This document shows positions 8,176 to 15,432 of a stretch of DNA of 44,935 nt, piece after piece. A model generated the notes under the pieces. That model saw only the letters and a program-made list of their open reading frames with translations. It did no database searches and was not told the DNA's origin. Position 1 is the first letter of the stretch, and every line of letters starts with the position of its first letter. A program made the translations under genes and the position numbers. The DNA is from a virus. Lineage: Duplodnaviria > Heunggongvirae > Uroviricota > Caudoviricetes. Location: IMG/VR virus record IMGVR_UViG_643348551_000004, one strand, 5' to 3'.

Positions 8176-8257
8176 TTTTTGCCTTTCCCGTAATGTTATT
8201 TTTTATAAGGTATTTTCTTCAGCGTATTACCCAAAAGCCTCATCAACACGCGGCTGA

Positions 8258-8950
8258 TTATCCGTGTTTTCTGTACGTCTGCGGCATGCTCCCAATAACC
8301 TTACCGAATATGAATACCCGGTTCATCTCGTCTTTCTCGATCGGGTCCCACGGTGAGTAGCTCTTGTTATCAGAGATAACCAGTAGCTTATCCTTCATCA
8401 TTTGCAGGCGCTTTACATGGGCGGTGTCGTCATACAGAAACGCATAGATACCATCACCGTCGAAAGATTTAACCGTGATATCAACGAACAGCAGATCACC
8501 TGGTTCGATCGTTCCTGACATGCTGTCACCACGCACGTTAATGATGCGGATATTTTCCGCCTTCCTGCCATCGAACATGTGACGAGCATCGTCAAACGAG
8601 TATTCAACCGAGCGTAGAACTTCTACAAACTCACGGTTGATTACACCCGGCCCGGCACTGACTTCTATATCAAGAACGTCAATTTTGAAGTATTTGGAAT
8701 GGCTGACAGCAGGCTTCCCTGATTGTTGACCGTCATTTCTCATCGGGCCTATGCCTGATGAGAGCCATTCTGTTCGAACACCCAATGCATTAGCTATTTC
8801 AACAATTTTTGTTGAGCCGCGCGCGTTGCCGCTTGTCAGTCTCCAGATTGTGGGTTGAGCTACGCCAGACGCCTTTGCAAGAGCGCCTTGAGACATTCCA
8901 GATTGTTCCATCGCTAGGTTTAAGCGATCAGCAAGAGTTTCTTTTTTCAT
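8258..8950 (-). CDS. cI: CI-type prophage repressor (XRE HTH + S24 LexA-like peptidase), 230 aa from MKKETL
   Basis: The HTH is MSQGALAKASGVAQPTIWRL. The likely Ala-Gly cleavage site is EVSAGPG. The Ser nucleophile is in VRGDSMSGTIEPGD and the Lys in HVKRL. No SD precedes ATG 8950, so the start looks leaderless. Confidence 0.9.
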   Translation of the reverse strand: MKKETLADRLNLAMEQSGMSQGALAKASGVAQPTIWRLTSGNARGSTKIVEIANALGVRTEWLSSGIGPMRNDGQQSGKPAVSHSKYFKIDVLDIEVSAGPGVINREFVEVLRSVEYSFDDARHMFDGRKAENIRIINVRGDSMSGTIEPGDLLFVDITVKSFDGDGIYAFLYDDTAHVKRLQMMKDKLLVISDNKSYSPWDPIEKDEMNRVFIFGKVIGSMPQTYRKHG

Positions 8951-8959
8951 AAGTTTTAA

Positions 8960-8987
8960 TTTATACGCTTGCGTATTGATGGTCAAA
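8960..8987 (-). promoter_or_regulatory. PRM-like promoter for the repressor
   Basis: The minus strand reads TTTGAC/TTGACC, 15-16 nt, then TATAAA, ending 9 nt before the cI ATG. This implies a leaderless or near-leaderless mRNA, as in lambda. Confidence 0.55.
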
Positions 8988-8994
8988 ACACGTT

Positions 8995-9051
8995 TTGCTA
9001 TTGCTTGGATTAATACGCATTGCTATTATTCATTCATTGCAATACCAATAG
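8995..9051. promoter_or_regulatory. OR operator cluster
   Basis: TTGCTATTG is at 8995-9003 and TTGCTATTA at 9020-9028, overlapping the PR -10. The palindrome ATTGCAAT is at 9036-9043 and an inverted CAATAG at 9046-9051. Confidence 0.55.
9001..9029 (+). promoter_or_regulatory. PR-like early-right promoter
   Basis: TTGCTT (9001-9006), 17 nt, then TATTAT (9024-9029). It lies about 30 nt upstream of the cro ATG. Confidence 0.65.
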
Positions 9052-9060
9052 GAATTGATA

Positions 9061-9288
9061 ATGACAAATCAAACCATTCAACTCGCAATCAGTATTACAG
9101 GTAGTCAAAAACGACTGGCAGATCTATGCGGTGTAGCCCAACCCACAGTTTGGCGTTGGCTACACGGTGGCGGAATTGATGCCCGCTATGTAATGAAAAT
9201 TGTCTCAGCCACTGGTGGAAAGATTAAACCAGCAGATATTCGTCCCGACCTCGCACCATTGTTTAACGCGAGTAATTCTGCCGCCTAA
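9061..9288 (+). CDS. Cro-like HTH regulator, YdaS family (75 aa from MTNQ)
   Basis: AGGA, 7 nt, then ATG 9061. GSQKRLADLCGVAQPTVWRWL...IVSATGGKIKPADIRPDL resembles Rac YdaS-type Cro proteins. Confidence 0.8.
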   Translation: MTNQTIQLAISITGSQKRLADLCGVAQPTVWRWLHGGGIDARYVMKIVSATGGKIKPADIRPDLAPLFNASNSAA

Positions 9289-9312
9289 ACTGCGGCGTTA
9301 ACTGATAAGGCA

Positions 9313-9858
9313 ATGACTATGCAACCACTTACATACCAACAGACTAGCGGATTTAGCCCGACTGCGGTGATAAATCGTTCTCAAACAAAACAGGCGCCAG
9401 GCCACGAAAAAATCCGTGATGCCGTTCGCGCCTGGTCGGCTGCAGATAATCAGGATGTTGTTGCCGCACTCATTGTGAATGAGTATCGGGAGCAGGGCGG
9501 CGGCACCATCGATTTCCCTGATGATGTCAGCCGTGCACGCCAGAAGCTGTTCCGCTTCCTCGATAACAAATTCGATTCTGAAAAATACCGAAATAACGTG
9601 CGTGAACTGACCCCGGCAATTCTGGCGGTACTACCGCTGGAATATCGCGGCCACCTGGTTGAGCAGGATAGCTTCATGGCTCGGCTGGCTGAAATGGAAA
9701 AGGAACTCAGTGAGGCAAAACAGGCTGTCATTCTCAACGCACCACGCCACCAGAAACTGAAGGAAATTAGTGAAGGTATTGTGTCGATGTTTCGTGTGGA
9801 CCCAGATCTGGCTGGTCCATTGATGGCGATGGTTACTACCATGCTGGGGGCGATATGA
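9313..9858 (+). CDS. YdaT-like protein (CII-position regulator), 181 aa
   Basis: It sits immediately after cro and before O. My recollection is of YdaT-family proteins paired with YdaS-type Cro in Rac-like prophages. Confidence 0.5.
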   Translation: MTMQPLTYQQTSGFSPTAVINRSQTKQAPGHEKIRDAVRAWSAADNQDVVAALIVNEYREQGGGTIDFPDDVSRARQKLFRFLDNKFDSEKYRNNVRELTPAILAVLPLEYRGHLVEQDSFMARLAEMEKELSEAKQAVILNAPRHQKLKEISEGIVSMFRVDPDLAGPLMAMVTTMLGAI

Positions 9859-9874
9859 CAGGTTCAGAAATGGC

Positions 9875-9907
9875 GAAAGCCGGTCTGCTGGAACAGAACC
9901 GACTTTC
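9875..9907 (+). promoter_or_regulatory. Long imperfect RNA hairpin in the ydaT-like/O intergenic region
   Basis: GAAAGCCGGTCTG-CTGGAA-CAGAACCGACTTTC gives 12 pairs with one mismatch and one bulge. No U-tract follows, so the function is unknown. Confidence 0.35.
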
Positions 9908-9944
9908 AGGTGCAAATCGTAACACACTCATTGCGGGAGGAATT

Positions 9945-10874
9945 ATGGCAAACACTGCTGAGATATTCAATTTTCCAGTGCCGGATGCGGCACAAAAGGA
10001 GCCGCGCGTGGCAGATCTCGATGATGGTTATACGCGCATTGCAAATGAGTTGCTGGAAGCTGTGATGCTGGCCGGATTAACACAGCACCAGCTTCTGGTC
10101 TTCCTAGCTGTCATGCGCAAAACATATGGCTTTAATAAAAAACTGGATTGGGTGAGCAACGAGCAACTGTCCGAATTGACCGGGATATTGCCGCACAAGT
10201 GTTCTGCTGCAAAAAGTGTTCTGGTAAAGCGTGGGATTTTGATTCAGAGCGGGCGGAATATCGGTATTAATAATGTGGTCAGTGAATGGTCAACATTACC
10301 CGAATCAGGTAAGAAAAATAAAGTTTACCTGAAAGAGGTAAATTTACCTGAATCAGGTAAGAAAAGTTTACCCAAATCAGGTAAAGGCGTTTACCCGAAT
10401 CAGGTAAACACAAAAGACAAACTAACAAAAGACAATATAAAACCTTTTTCGTCCGAGAATTCTGGCGAATCCTCTGACCAACCAGAAAACGATCTTCCTG
10501 TGGTGAAACCAGATGCTGCAATTCAGAGCGGCAGCAAGTGGGGGACAGCAGAAGACCTGACCGCCGCAGAGTGGATGTTTGACATGGTGAAGACCATCGC
10601 GCCATCAGCCAGAAAACCGAATTTTGCAGGGTGGGCTAACGATATCCGCCTGATGCGTGAACGTGACGGACGTAACCACCGCGACATGTGTGTGCTGTTC
10701 CGCTGGGCATGCCAGGACAACTTCTGGTCCGGTAACGTGCTAAGTCCGGCCAAACTCCGCGACAAGTGGACCCAACTCGAAATCAACCGTAACAAGCAAC
10801 AGGCAGGCGTGACAGCTAGCAAACCAAAACTCGACCTGACAAACACAGACTGGATTTACGGGGTGGATCTATGA
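9945..10874 (+). CDS. O: Replication initiator O (309 aa from MANTAEIF; the ORF is open from 9855)
   Basis: GGGAGG precedes ATG 9945, and the N-terminus aligns with lambda O (MTNTAKILNF...ADLDDGY). The C-terminal half (SSENSGESSDQPEND...WIYGVDL) is identical to lambda O as I recall it. The N-terminal half is divergent. Confidence 0.9.
   Translation: MANTAEIFNFPVPDAAQKEPRVADLDDGYTRIANELLEAVMLAGLTQHQLLVFLAVMRKTYGFNKKLDWVSNEQLSELTGILPHKCSAAKSVLVKRGILIQSGRNIGINNVVSEWSTLPESGKKNKVYLKEVNLPESGKKSLPKSGKGVYPNQVNTKDKLTKDNIKPFSSENSGESSDQPENDLPVVKPDAAIQSGSKWGTAEDLTAAEWMFDMVKTIAPSARKPNFAGWANDIRLMRERDGRNHRDMCVLFRWACQDNFWSGNVLSPAKLRDKWTQLEINRNKQQAGVTASKPKLDLTNTDWIYGVDL
10296..10407. repeat. ori: five 17-bp palindromic iterons TTACC(C/T)(G/A)AA(T/A)(C/G)AGGTAA inside O, followed by an A/T-rich stretch
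   Basis: Copies are at 10296-10312, 10325-10341, 10344-10360, 10368-10384 and 10391-10407. An A-rich tract follows at 10408-10450. The layout matches lambda ori, but the iteron sequence is different. Confidence 0.85.
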
Positions 10875-11572
10875 AAAACATCGCCGCACAGATGATTAAC
10901 TTTGACCGTGAGCAGATGCGTCGGATCGCCAACAACATGCCGGAACAGTACGACGAAAAGCCTCAGGTACAGCAGGTAGCGCAGATCATCAATGGTGTGT
11001 TCAGCCAGTTACTGGCAACTTTCCCGGCGAGCCTGGCTAACCGTGACCAGAATGAACTGAACGAAATCCGCCGCCAGTGGGTTCTGGCTTTCCGGGAAAA
11101 CGGGATCACCACAATGGAACAGGTTAACGCTGGAATGCGCGTAGCCCGTCGGCAGAATCGACCATTTCTGCCATCACCCGGGCAGTTTGTTGCATGGTGC
11201 CGGGAAGAAGCATCCGTTATCGCCGGACTGCCAAACGTCAGCGAGCTGGTTGATATGGTTTACGAGTATTGCCGGAAGCGAGGCCTGTATCCGGATGCGG
11301 AGTCTTATCCGTGGAAATCAAACGCGCACTACTGGCTGGTTACCAACCTGTATCAGAACATGCGGGCCAATGCGCTTACTGATGCGGAATTACGCCGTAA
11401 GGCCGCAGATGAGCTTGTCCATATGACTGCGAGAATTAACCGTGGTGAGGCGATCCCTGAACCAGTAAAACAACTTCCTGTTATGGGCGGTAGACCTCTA
11501 AATCGTGCACAGGCTCTGGCGAAGATCGCAGAAATTAAAGCTAAGTTCGGACTGAAAGGAGCAAGTGTATGA
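10871..11572 (+). CDS. P: Replication protein P (DnaB loader), 233 aa
   Basis: Near-identical to lambda P (MKNIAAQM.NFDREQMRRIANNMPEQYDEKPQVQQ...). Confidence 0.95.
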   Translation: MKNIAAQMINFDREQMRRIANNMPEQYDEKPQVQQVAQIINGVFSQLLATFPASLANRDQNELNEIRRQWVLAFRENGITTMEQVNAGMRVARRQNRPFLPSPGQFVAWCREEASVIAGLPNVSELVDMVYEYCRKRGLYPDAESYPWKSNAHYWLVTNLYQNMRANALTDAELRRKAADELVHMTARINRGEAIPEPVKQLPVMGGRPLNRAQALAKIAEIKAKFGLKGASV

Positions 11573-11871
11573 CGGGCAAAGAGGCAATTATTCATTACCT
11601 GGGGACGCATAAGAGCTTCTGTGCACAGGACGTTGCCGCGGTAACAGGCGCAACCGTAACCAGCATAAATCAGGCTGCGGCTAAAATGGCGCGGGCAGGA
11701 ATCCTGGTCGTTGATGGTAAGGTCTGGCGAACGGTGTATTACCGGTTCGCTACCAGAGAAGAACGGGAAGGAAAGGTGAGCACGAATCTGATTTTTAAGG
11801 AGTGTCGCCAGAGTGCCGCGATGAAACGCGTATTGAGGGTATATAAAAGAACATCAATGGGTACACAATGA
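11569..11871 (+). CDS. ren: Ren (Rex-exclusion escape) with an altered C-terminus, 100 aa
   Basis: Matches lambda Ren to ...SAAMKRVL, then diverges (RVYKRTSMGTQ). This marks the left junction of the emrE island. Confidence 0.85.
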   Translation: MTGKEAIIHYLGTHKSFCAQDVAAVTGATVTSINQAAAKMARAGILVVDGKVWRTVYYRFATREEREGKVSTNLIFKECRQSAAMKRVLRVYKRTSMGTQ

Positions 11872-11938
11872 TGAAACAGGTGAGTTGATTTCAAACTGTA
11901 GTACAATTCTCTCCAGTTTGAACAGGAAAGAATATGCT

Positions 11939-12271
11939 ATGAACCCTTATATTTATCTTGGTGGTGCAATACTTGCAGAGGTCATTGGTACAACCTTAAT
12001 GAAGTTTTCAGAAGGTTTTACACGGTTATGGCCATCTGTTGGTACAATTATCTGTTATTGTGCATCATTCTGGTTATTAGCTCAGACGCTGGCTTATATT
12101 CCTACAGGGATTGCTTATGCTATCTGGTCAGGAGTCGGTATTGTCCTGATTAGCTTACTGTCATGGGGATTTTTCGGCCAACGGCTGGACCTGCCAGCCA
12201 TTATAGGCATGATGTTGATTTGTGCCGGTGTGTTGGTTATTAATTTATTGTCACGAAGCACACCACATTAA
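11939..12271 (+). CDS. emrE: EmrE small multidrug resistance (SMR) efflux protein, 110 aa
   Basis: MNPYIYLGGAILAEVIGTTLMKFSEGFTRLWPSVGTIICYCASFWLLAQTLAYIPTGIAYAIWSG... equals K-12 EmrE. Confidence 0.95.
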   Translation: MNPYIYLGGAILAEVIGTTLMKFSEGFTRLWPSVGTIICYCASFWLLAQTLAYIPTGIAYAIWSGVGIVLISLLSWGFFGQRLDLPAIIGMMLICAGVLVINLLSRSTPH

Positions 12272-12302
12272 AAATAATTTGTTTCTAAACGACTAAAATA
12301 TG

Positions 12303-12342
12303 GAGGCTCTTATATTTATATGAGCCTCGTTTTATGCTTTTT
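12303..12342 (+). terminator. Intrinsic terminator after emrE
   Basis: GAGGCTC (12303-12309), a 12-nt loop, GAGCCTC (12322-12328), then GTTTTATGCTTTTT. Confidence 0.6.
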
Positions 12343-12527
12343 GTTAATGTCTTTATTTTTTTATGTATTCTTTTGTGCTTTCAAGATTATGGCGTAAGAA
12401 AATTGCAATACGATTATTGTTGTATATTCAAGATAATGTGACCTTAATTGTCTTTTTAAATAAAAATTAAACAAAAATTATATCTCACCACTAAGGTTTA
12501 TAAAAGCATACGTTAGCAGGTGTCACC

Positions 12528-14054
12528 ATGAAAAAAGCCATAGCATATATGCGATTTTCATCACCAGGTCAGATGTCTGGCGACTCATTAAACCGACAGA
12601 GAAGACTTATTGCTGAATGGTTAAAGGTAAATAGTGATTATTATCTTGATACCATAACATATGAAGATTTAGGATTAAGTGCATTCAAAGGAAAGCATGC
12701 ACAATCAGGAGCTTTTTCGGAATTTTTAGATGCTATAGAGCATGGTTATATATTGCCAGGAACTACATTGTTAGTTGAAAGTCTGGACAGACTTTCAAGA
12801 GAAAAAGTCGGTGAAGCGATTGAGCGTCTGAAATTGATTTTGAATCACGGTATTGATGTTATAACTCTTTGCGATAATACAGTCTATAATATTGACTCTT
12901 TGAATGATCCATATTCATTAATAAAAGCCATACTTATAGCACAAAGGGCAAATGAAGAAAGCGAGATAAAGTCAAGTCGGGTTAAATTATCATGGAAGAA
13001 AAAACGGCAGGATGCACTGGAGTCAGGCACGATTATGACGGCGTCTTGTCCGAGATGGCTCTCCTTAGATGACAAAAGAACGGCTTTTGTTCCAGACCCC
13101 GACAGGGTGAAAACTATTGAGCTAATTTTTAAACTCAGGATGGAAAGGCGCTCATTGAATGCAATAGCCAAGTATTTAAATGATCATGCTGTAAAGAATT
13201 TCTCAGGAAAAGAAAGTGCATGGGGACCTTCTGTAATTGAAAAATTATTAGCGAATAAAGCTCTGATAGGTATATGCGTACCTTCATATCGTGCAAGAGG
13301 TAAAGGAATAAGTGAAATCGCTGGCTATTATCCCAGAGTCATATCAGATGATTTGTTTTACGCTGTGCAGGAAATTCGGTTGGCACCTTTTGGTATTAGC
13401 AATAGTAGCAAAAACCCTATGTTGATAAATCTACTTCGAACAGTTATGAAGTGCGAGGCTTGTGGTAATACCATGATTGTTCATGCGGTATCTGGAAGTT
13501 TGCATGGCTATTATGTTTGTCCGATGAGAAGACTGCATCGATGTGACAGGCCATCAATAAAGAGAGATTTGGTTGATTATAATATCATTAATGAGTTGCT
13601 TTTTAATTGTAGTAAAATCCAACCAGTTGAAAACAAGAAAGATGCTAATGAAACTTTAGAGTTGAAAATTATTGAGCTCCAGATGAAAATTAATAATTTA
13701 ATTGCTGCATTATCTGTTGCGCCTGAAGTTACCGCTATAGCAGAAAAAATCAGAGTATTAGATAAGGAATTACGAAGGGCTTCTGTATCATTAAAAACTT
13801 TGAAGAGTAAAGCGGTGAGCTCACTTGGTGATTTTCATGCTATTGACTTAACCAGTAAAAATGGGCGAGAGCTATGTCGTACACTTGCCTATAAAACATT
13901 CGAAAAAATCATAATCAATACAGATAATAAAACCTGTGATATCTATTTTATGAATGGCATTGTTTTTAAACACTATCCTTTAATGAAAACAATATCCGCC
14001 CAGCAGGCGATAAGTACTCTCAAATATATGGTTGATGGTGAGGTTTATTTTTGA
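12528..14054 (+). CDS. ybcK: Large serine recombinase (resolvase domain + recombinase domain + zinc ribbon + coiled-coil), 508 aa
   Basis: The N-terminal AIAYMRFSSPGQ is the catalytic Ser motif. The Zn ribbon is CEACGNTM...YYVCPMRRLHRC. It matches K-12 DLP12 YbcK in size and position. The gene is very AT-rich. Confidence 0.88.
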   Translation: MKKAIAYMRFSSPGQMSGDSLNRQRRLIAEWLKVNSDYYLDTITYEDLGLSAFKGKHAQSGAFSEFLDAIEHGYILPGTTLLVESLDRLSREKVGEAIERLKLILNHGIDVITLCDNTVYNIDSLNDPYSLIKAILIAQRANEESEIKSSRVKLSWKKKRQDALESGTIMTASCPRWLSLDDKRTAFVPDPDRVKTIELIFKLRMERRSLNAIAKYLNDHAVKNFSGKESAWGPSVIEKLLANKALIGICVPSYRARGKGISEIAGYYPRVISDDLFYAVQEIRLAPFGISNSSKNPMLINLLRTVMKCEACGNTMIVHAVSGSLHGYYVCPMRRLHRCDRPSIKRDLVDYNIINELLFNCSKIQPVENKKDANETLELKIIELQMKINNLIAALSVAPEVTAIAEKIRVLDKELRRASVSLKTLKSKAVSSLGDFHAIDLTSKNGRELCRTLAYKTFEKIIINTDNKTCDIYFMNGIVFKHYPLMKTISAQQAISTLKYMVDGEVYF

Positions 14055-14165
14055 GTAATAATCACTTTTTCAACCGTGCTATAGTAAGAAAGTTAGGTAA
14101 GTACAATAAAATTATCTATCCTGAACGAAGCGTCCTGAGCTATGGTTTTACTATAGGGACTGCCA

Positions 14166-14495
14166 ATGGATGCTGGCGTTCTCGTTCTAGCAGTTCAACA
14201 ATCCCCAATCACAAAACAATTCACTGATAACGAACTTTGCACACTCGCCTGGTTATGGCGAGCAGGGAATGTGATGTTAATTGCCTACCAGAACGTTACT
14301 CATCTTCTTCAGGATGCGGAGCATGGTGAAGCTGGTCACTTCACTTCCATCGAGCAAGAATATCCCCAGATACTCAACAGAGCGCGAGCAATCCTCGTCC
14401 GAGAAACGGCACATGTAAAACTTCAGCCGTGGCAGGATGATAAGTGGAGTCGAGTATTGCCACATTTGCGTCAGAATGTTATTAAACAACGTTAG
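14166..14495 (+). CDS. Unknown 109-aa protein
   Basis: ORF with AGGGA, 6 nt, then ATG. I recognise no motif. Confidence 0.5.
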   Translation: MDAGVLVLAVQQSPITKQFTDNELCTLAWLWRAGNVMLIAYQNVTHLLQDAEHGEAGHFTSIEQEYPQILNRARAILVRETAHVKLQPWQDDKWSRVLPHLRQNVIKQR

Positions 14496-14554
14496 CTACT
14501 GTGTCTCTCCAATTTAGCTAACATATGGATTCATAAGAAAAAGGAGCTTTTGCC

Positions 14555-14806
14555 ATGATGTCCTTCACCAAATGTAAATTAATGCACAGCCATAAAACTA
14601 GCGTAAATGCAGCGCTCTTGGACGATACGAAATTAGTTGTAGAGAGGGATCTCCATTTTCTTCGTGAGTTATACATATCAAGCCCAGAAGAATTTGTCGG
14701 ACATTGGGTTTATGCAAATGAGCCAATATTTCATGAACATCCACTGTCTGTTGGCCTTTCTGGTATTGTCTATCACAAGGTTATTGATGAAATTGAAAAA
14801 TCATAA
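14555..14806 (+). CDS. Unknown 83-aa protein
   Basis: ORF with a strong SD (AAGGAG, 8 nt, then ATG). I recognise no motif. Confidence 0.6.
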   Translation: MMSFTKCKLMHSHKTSVNAALLDDTKLVVERDLHFLRELYISSPEEFVGHWVYANEPIFHEHPLSVGLSGIVYHKVIDEIEKS

Positions 14807-14976
14807 TCAATAAGCAATAATACCGTCACCGTTGGCCTGAACACCCTGCGGTGACTTCTGCGCATATGATTGGGAAATTATATGCGACCACAAGTTAAAC
14901 TCCTCGCCTTGCCACAGATGCAGAAATGCACCTGCGATATTTTGCATCCAGCGTTTGATCTCTGCGGAGGTGAAGC

Positions 14977-15432
14977 GTGAACCTCCCACAAGATGGTATC
15001 AAATTGCATCGCGGTAACTTCACCGCTATCGGTCGGCAGATCCAGCCTTATCTGGAGGACGGCAAATGCTTTCGCATGGTGCTTAAACCGTGGCGCGAGA
15101 GACGCAGTCTTTCCCAGAATGCACTCAGCCACATGTGGTACAGCGAAATCAGTGAATACCTCATCAGCAGGGGTAAAACGTTCGCTACTCCAGCTTGGGT
15201 AAAAGATGCTCTCAAACACACATATCTCGGTTATGAAACCAAAGACCTGGTTGATGTCGTAACCGGTGATATCACCACTATCCAGTCGTTACGCCATACC
15301 TCCGATCTTGATACCGGAGAGATGTATGTCTTCCTGTGTAAGGTTGAAGCCTGGGCGGTGAATATTGGCTGCCACCTGACTATTCCGCAGAGCTGCGAGT
15401 TCCAGCTGCTCCGTGACAAGCAGGAGGCGTAA
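14977..15432 (+). CDS. ybcN: NinB/Orf-family recombination protein YbcN, 151 aa (GTG start)
   Basis: [55 protein letters not shown]... equals K-12 YbcN. Confidence 0.92.
   Translation: MNLPQDGIKLHRGNFTAIGRQIQPYLEDGKCFRMVLKPWRERRSLSQNALSHMWYSEISEYLISRGKTFATPAWVKDALKHTYLGYETKDLVDVVTGDITTIQSLRHTSDLDTGEMYVFLCKVEAWAVNIGCHLTIPQSCEFQLLRDKQEA

Noticed and set aside
9855-9944. Longer O protein starting at ATG 9855 (339 aa), overlapping the upstream stop
   Set aside because: The extra 30 residues have no counterpart in lambda O. ATG 9945 has a GGGAGG SD and aligns with the lambda O N-terminus. The longer form is not excluded, but it is less likely.
14807-14989. 60-aa GTG-initiated minus-strand ORF convergent with the 83-aa gene and overlapping the ybcN start
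   Set aside because: It has no SD, a non-ATG start located inside the ybcN start region, and only the minimum length. It may be a fragment of a lost gene. It is mentioned only under the cargo-slot finding.
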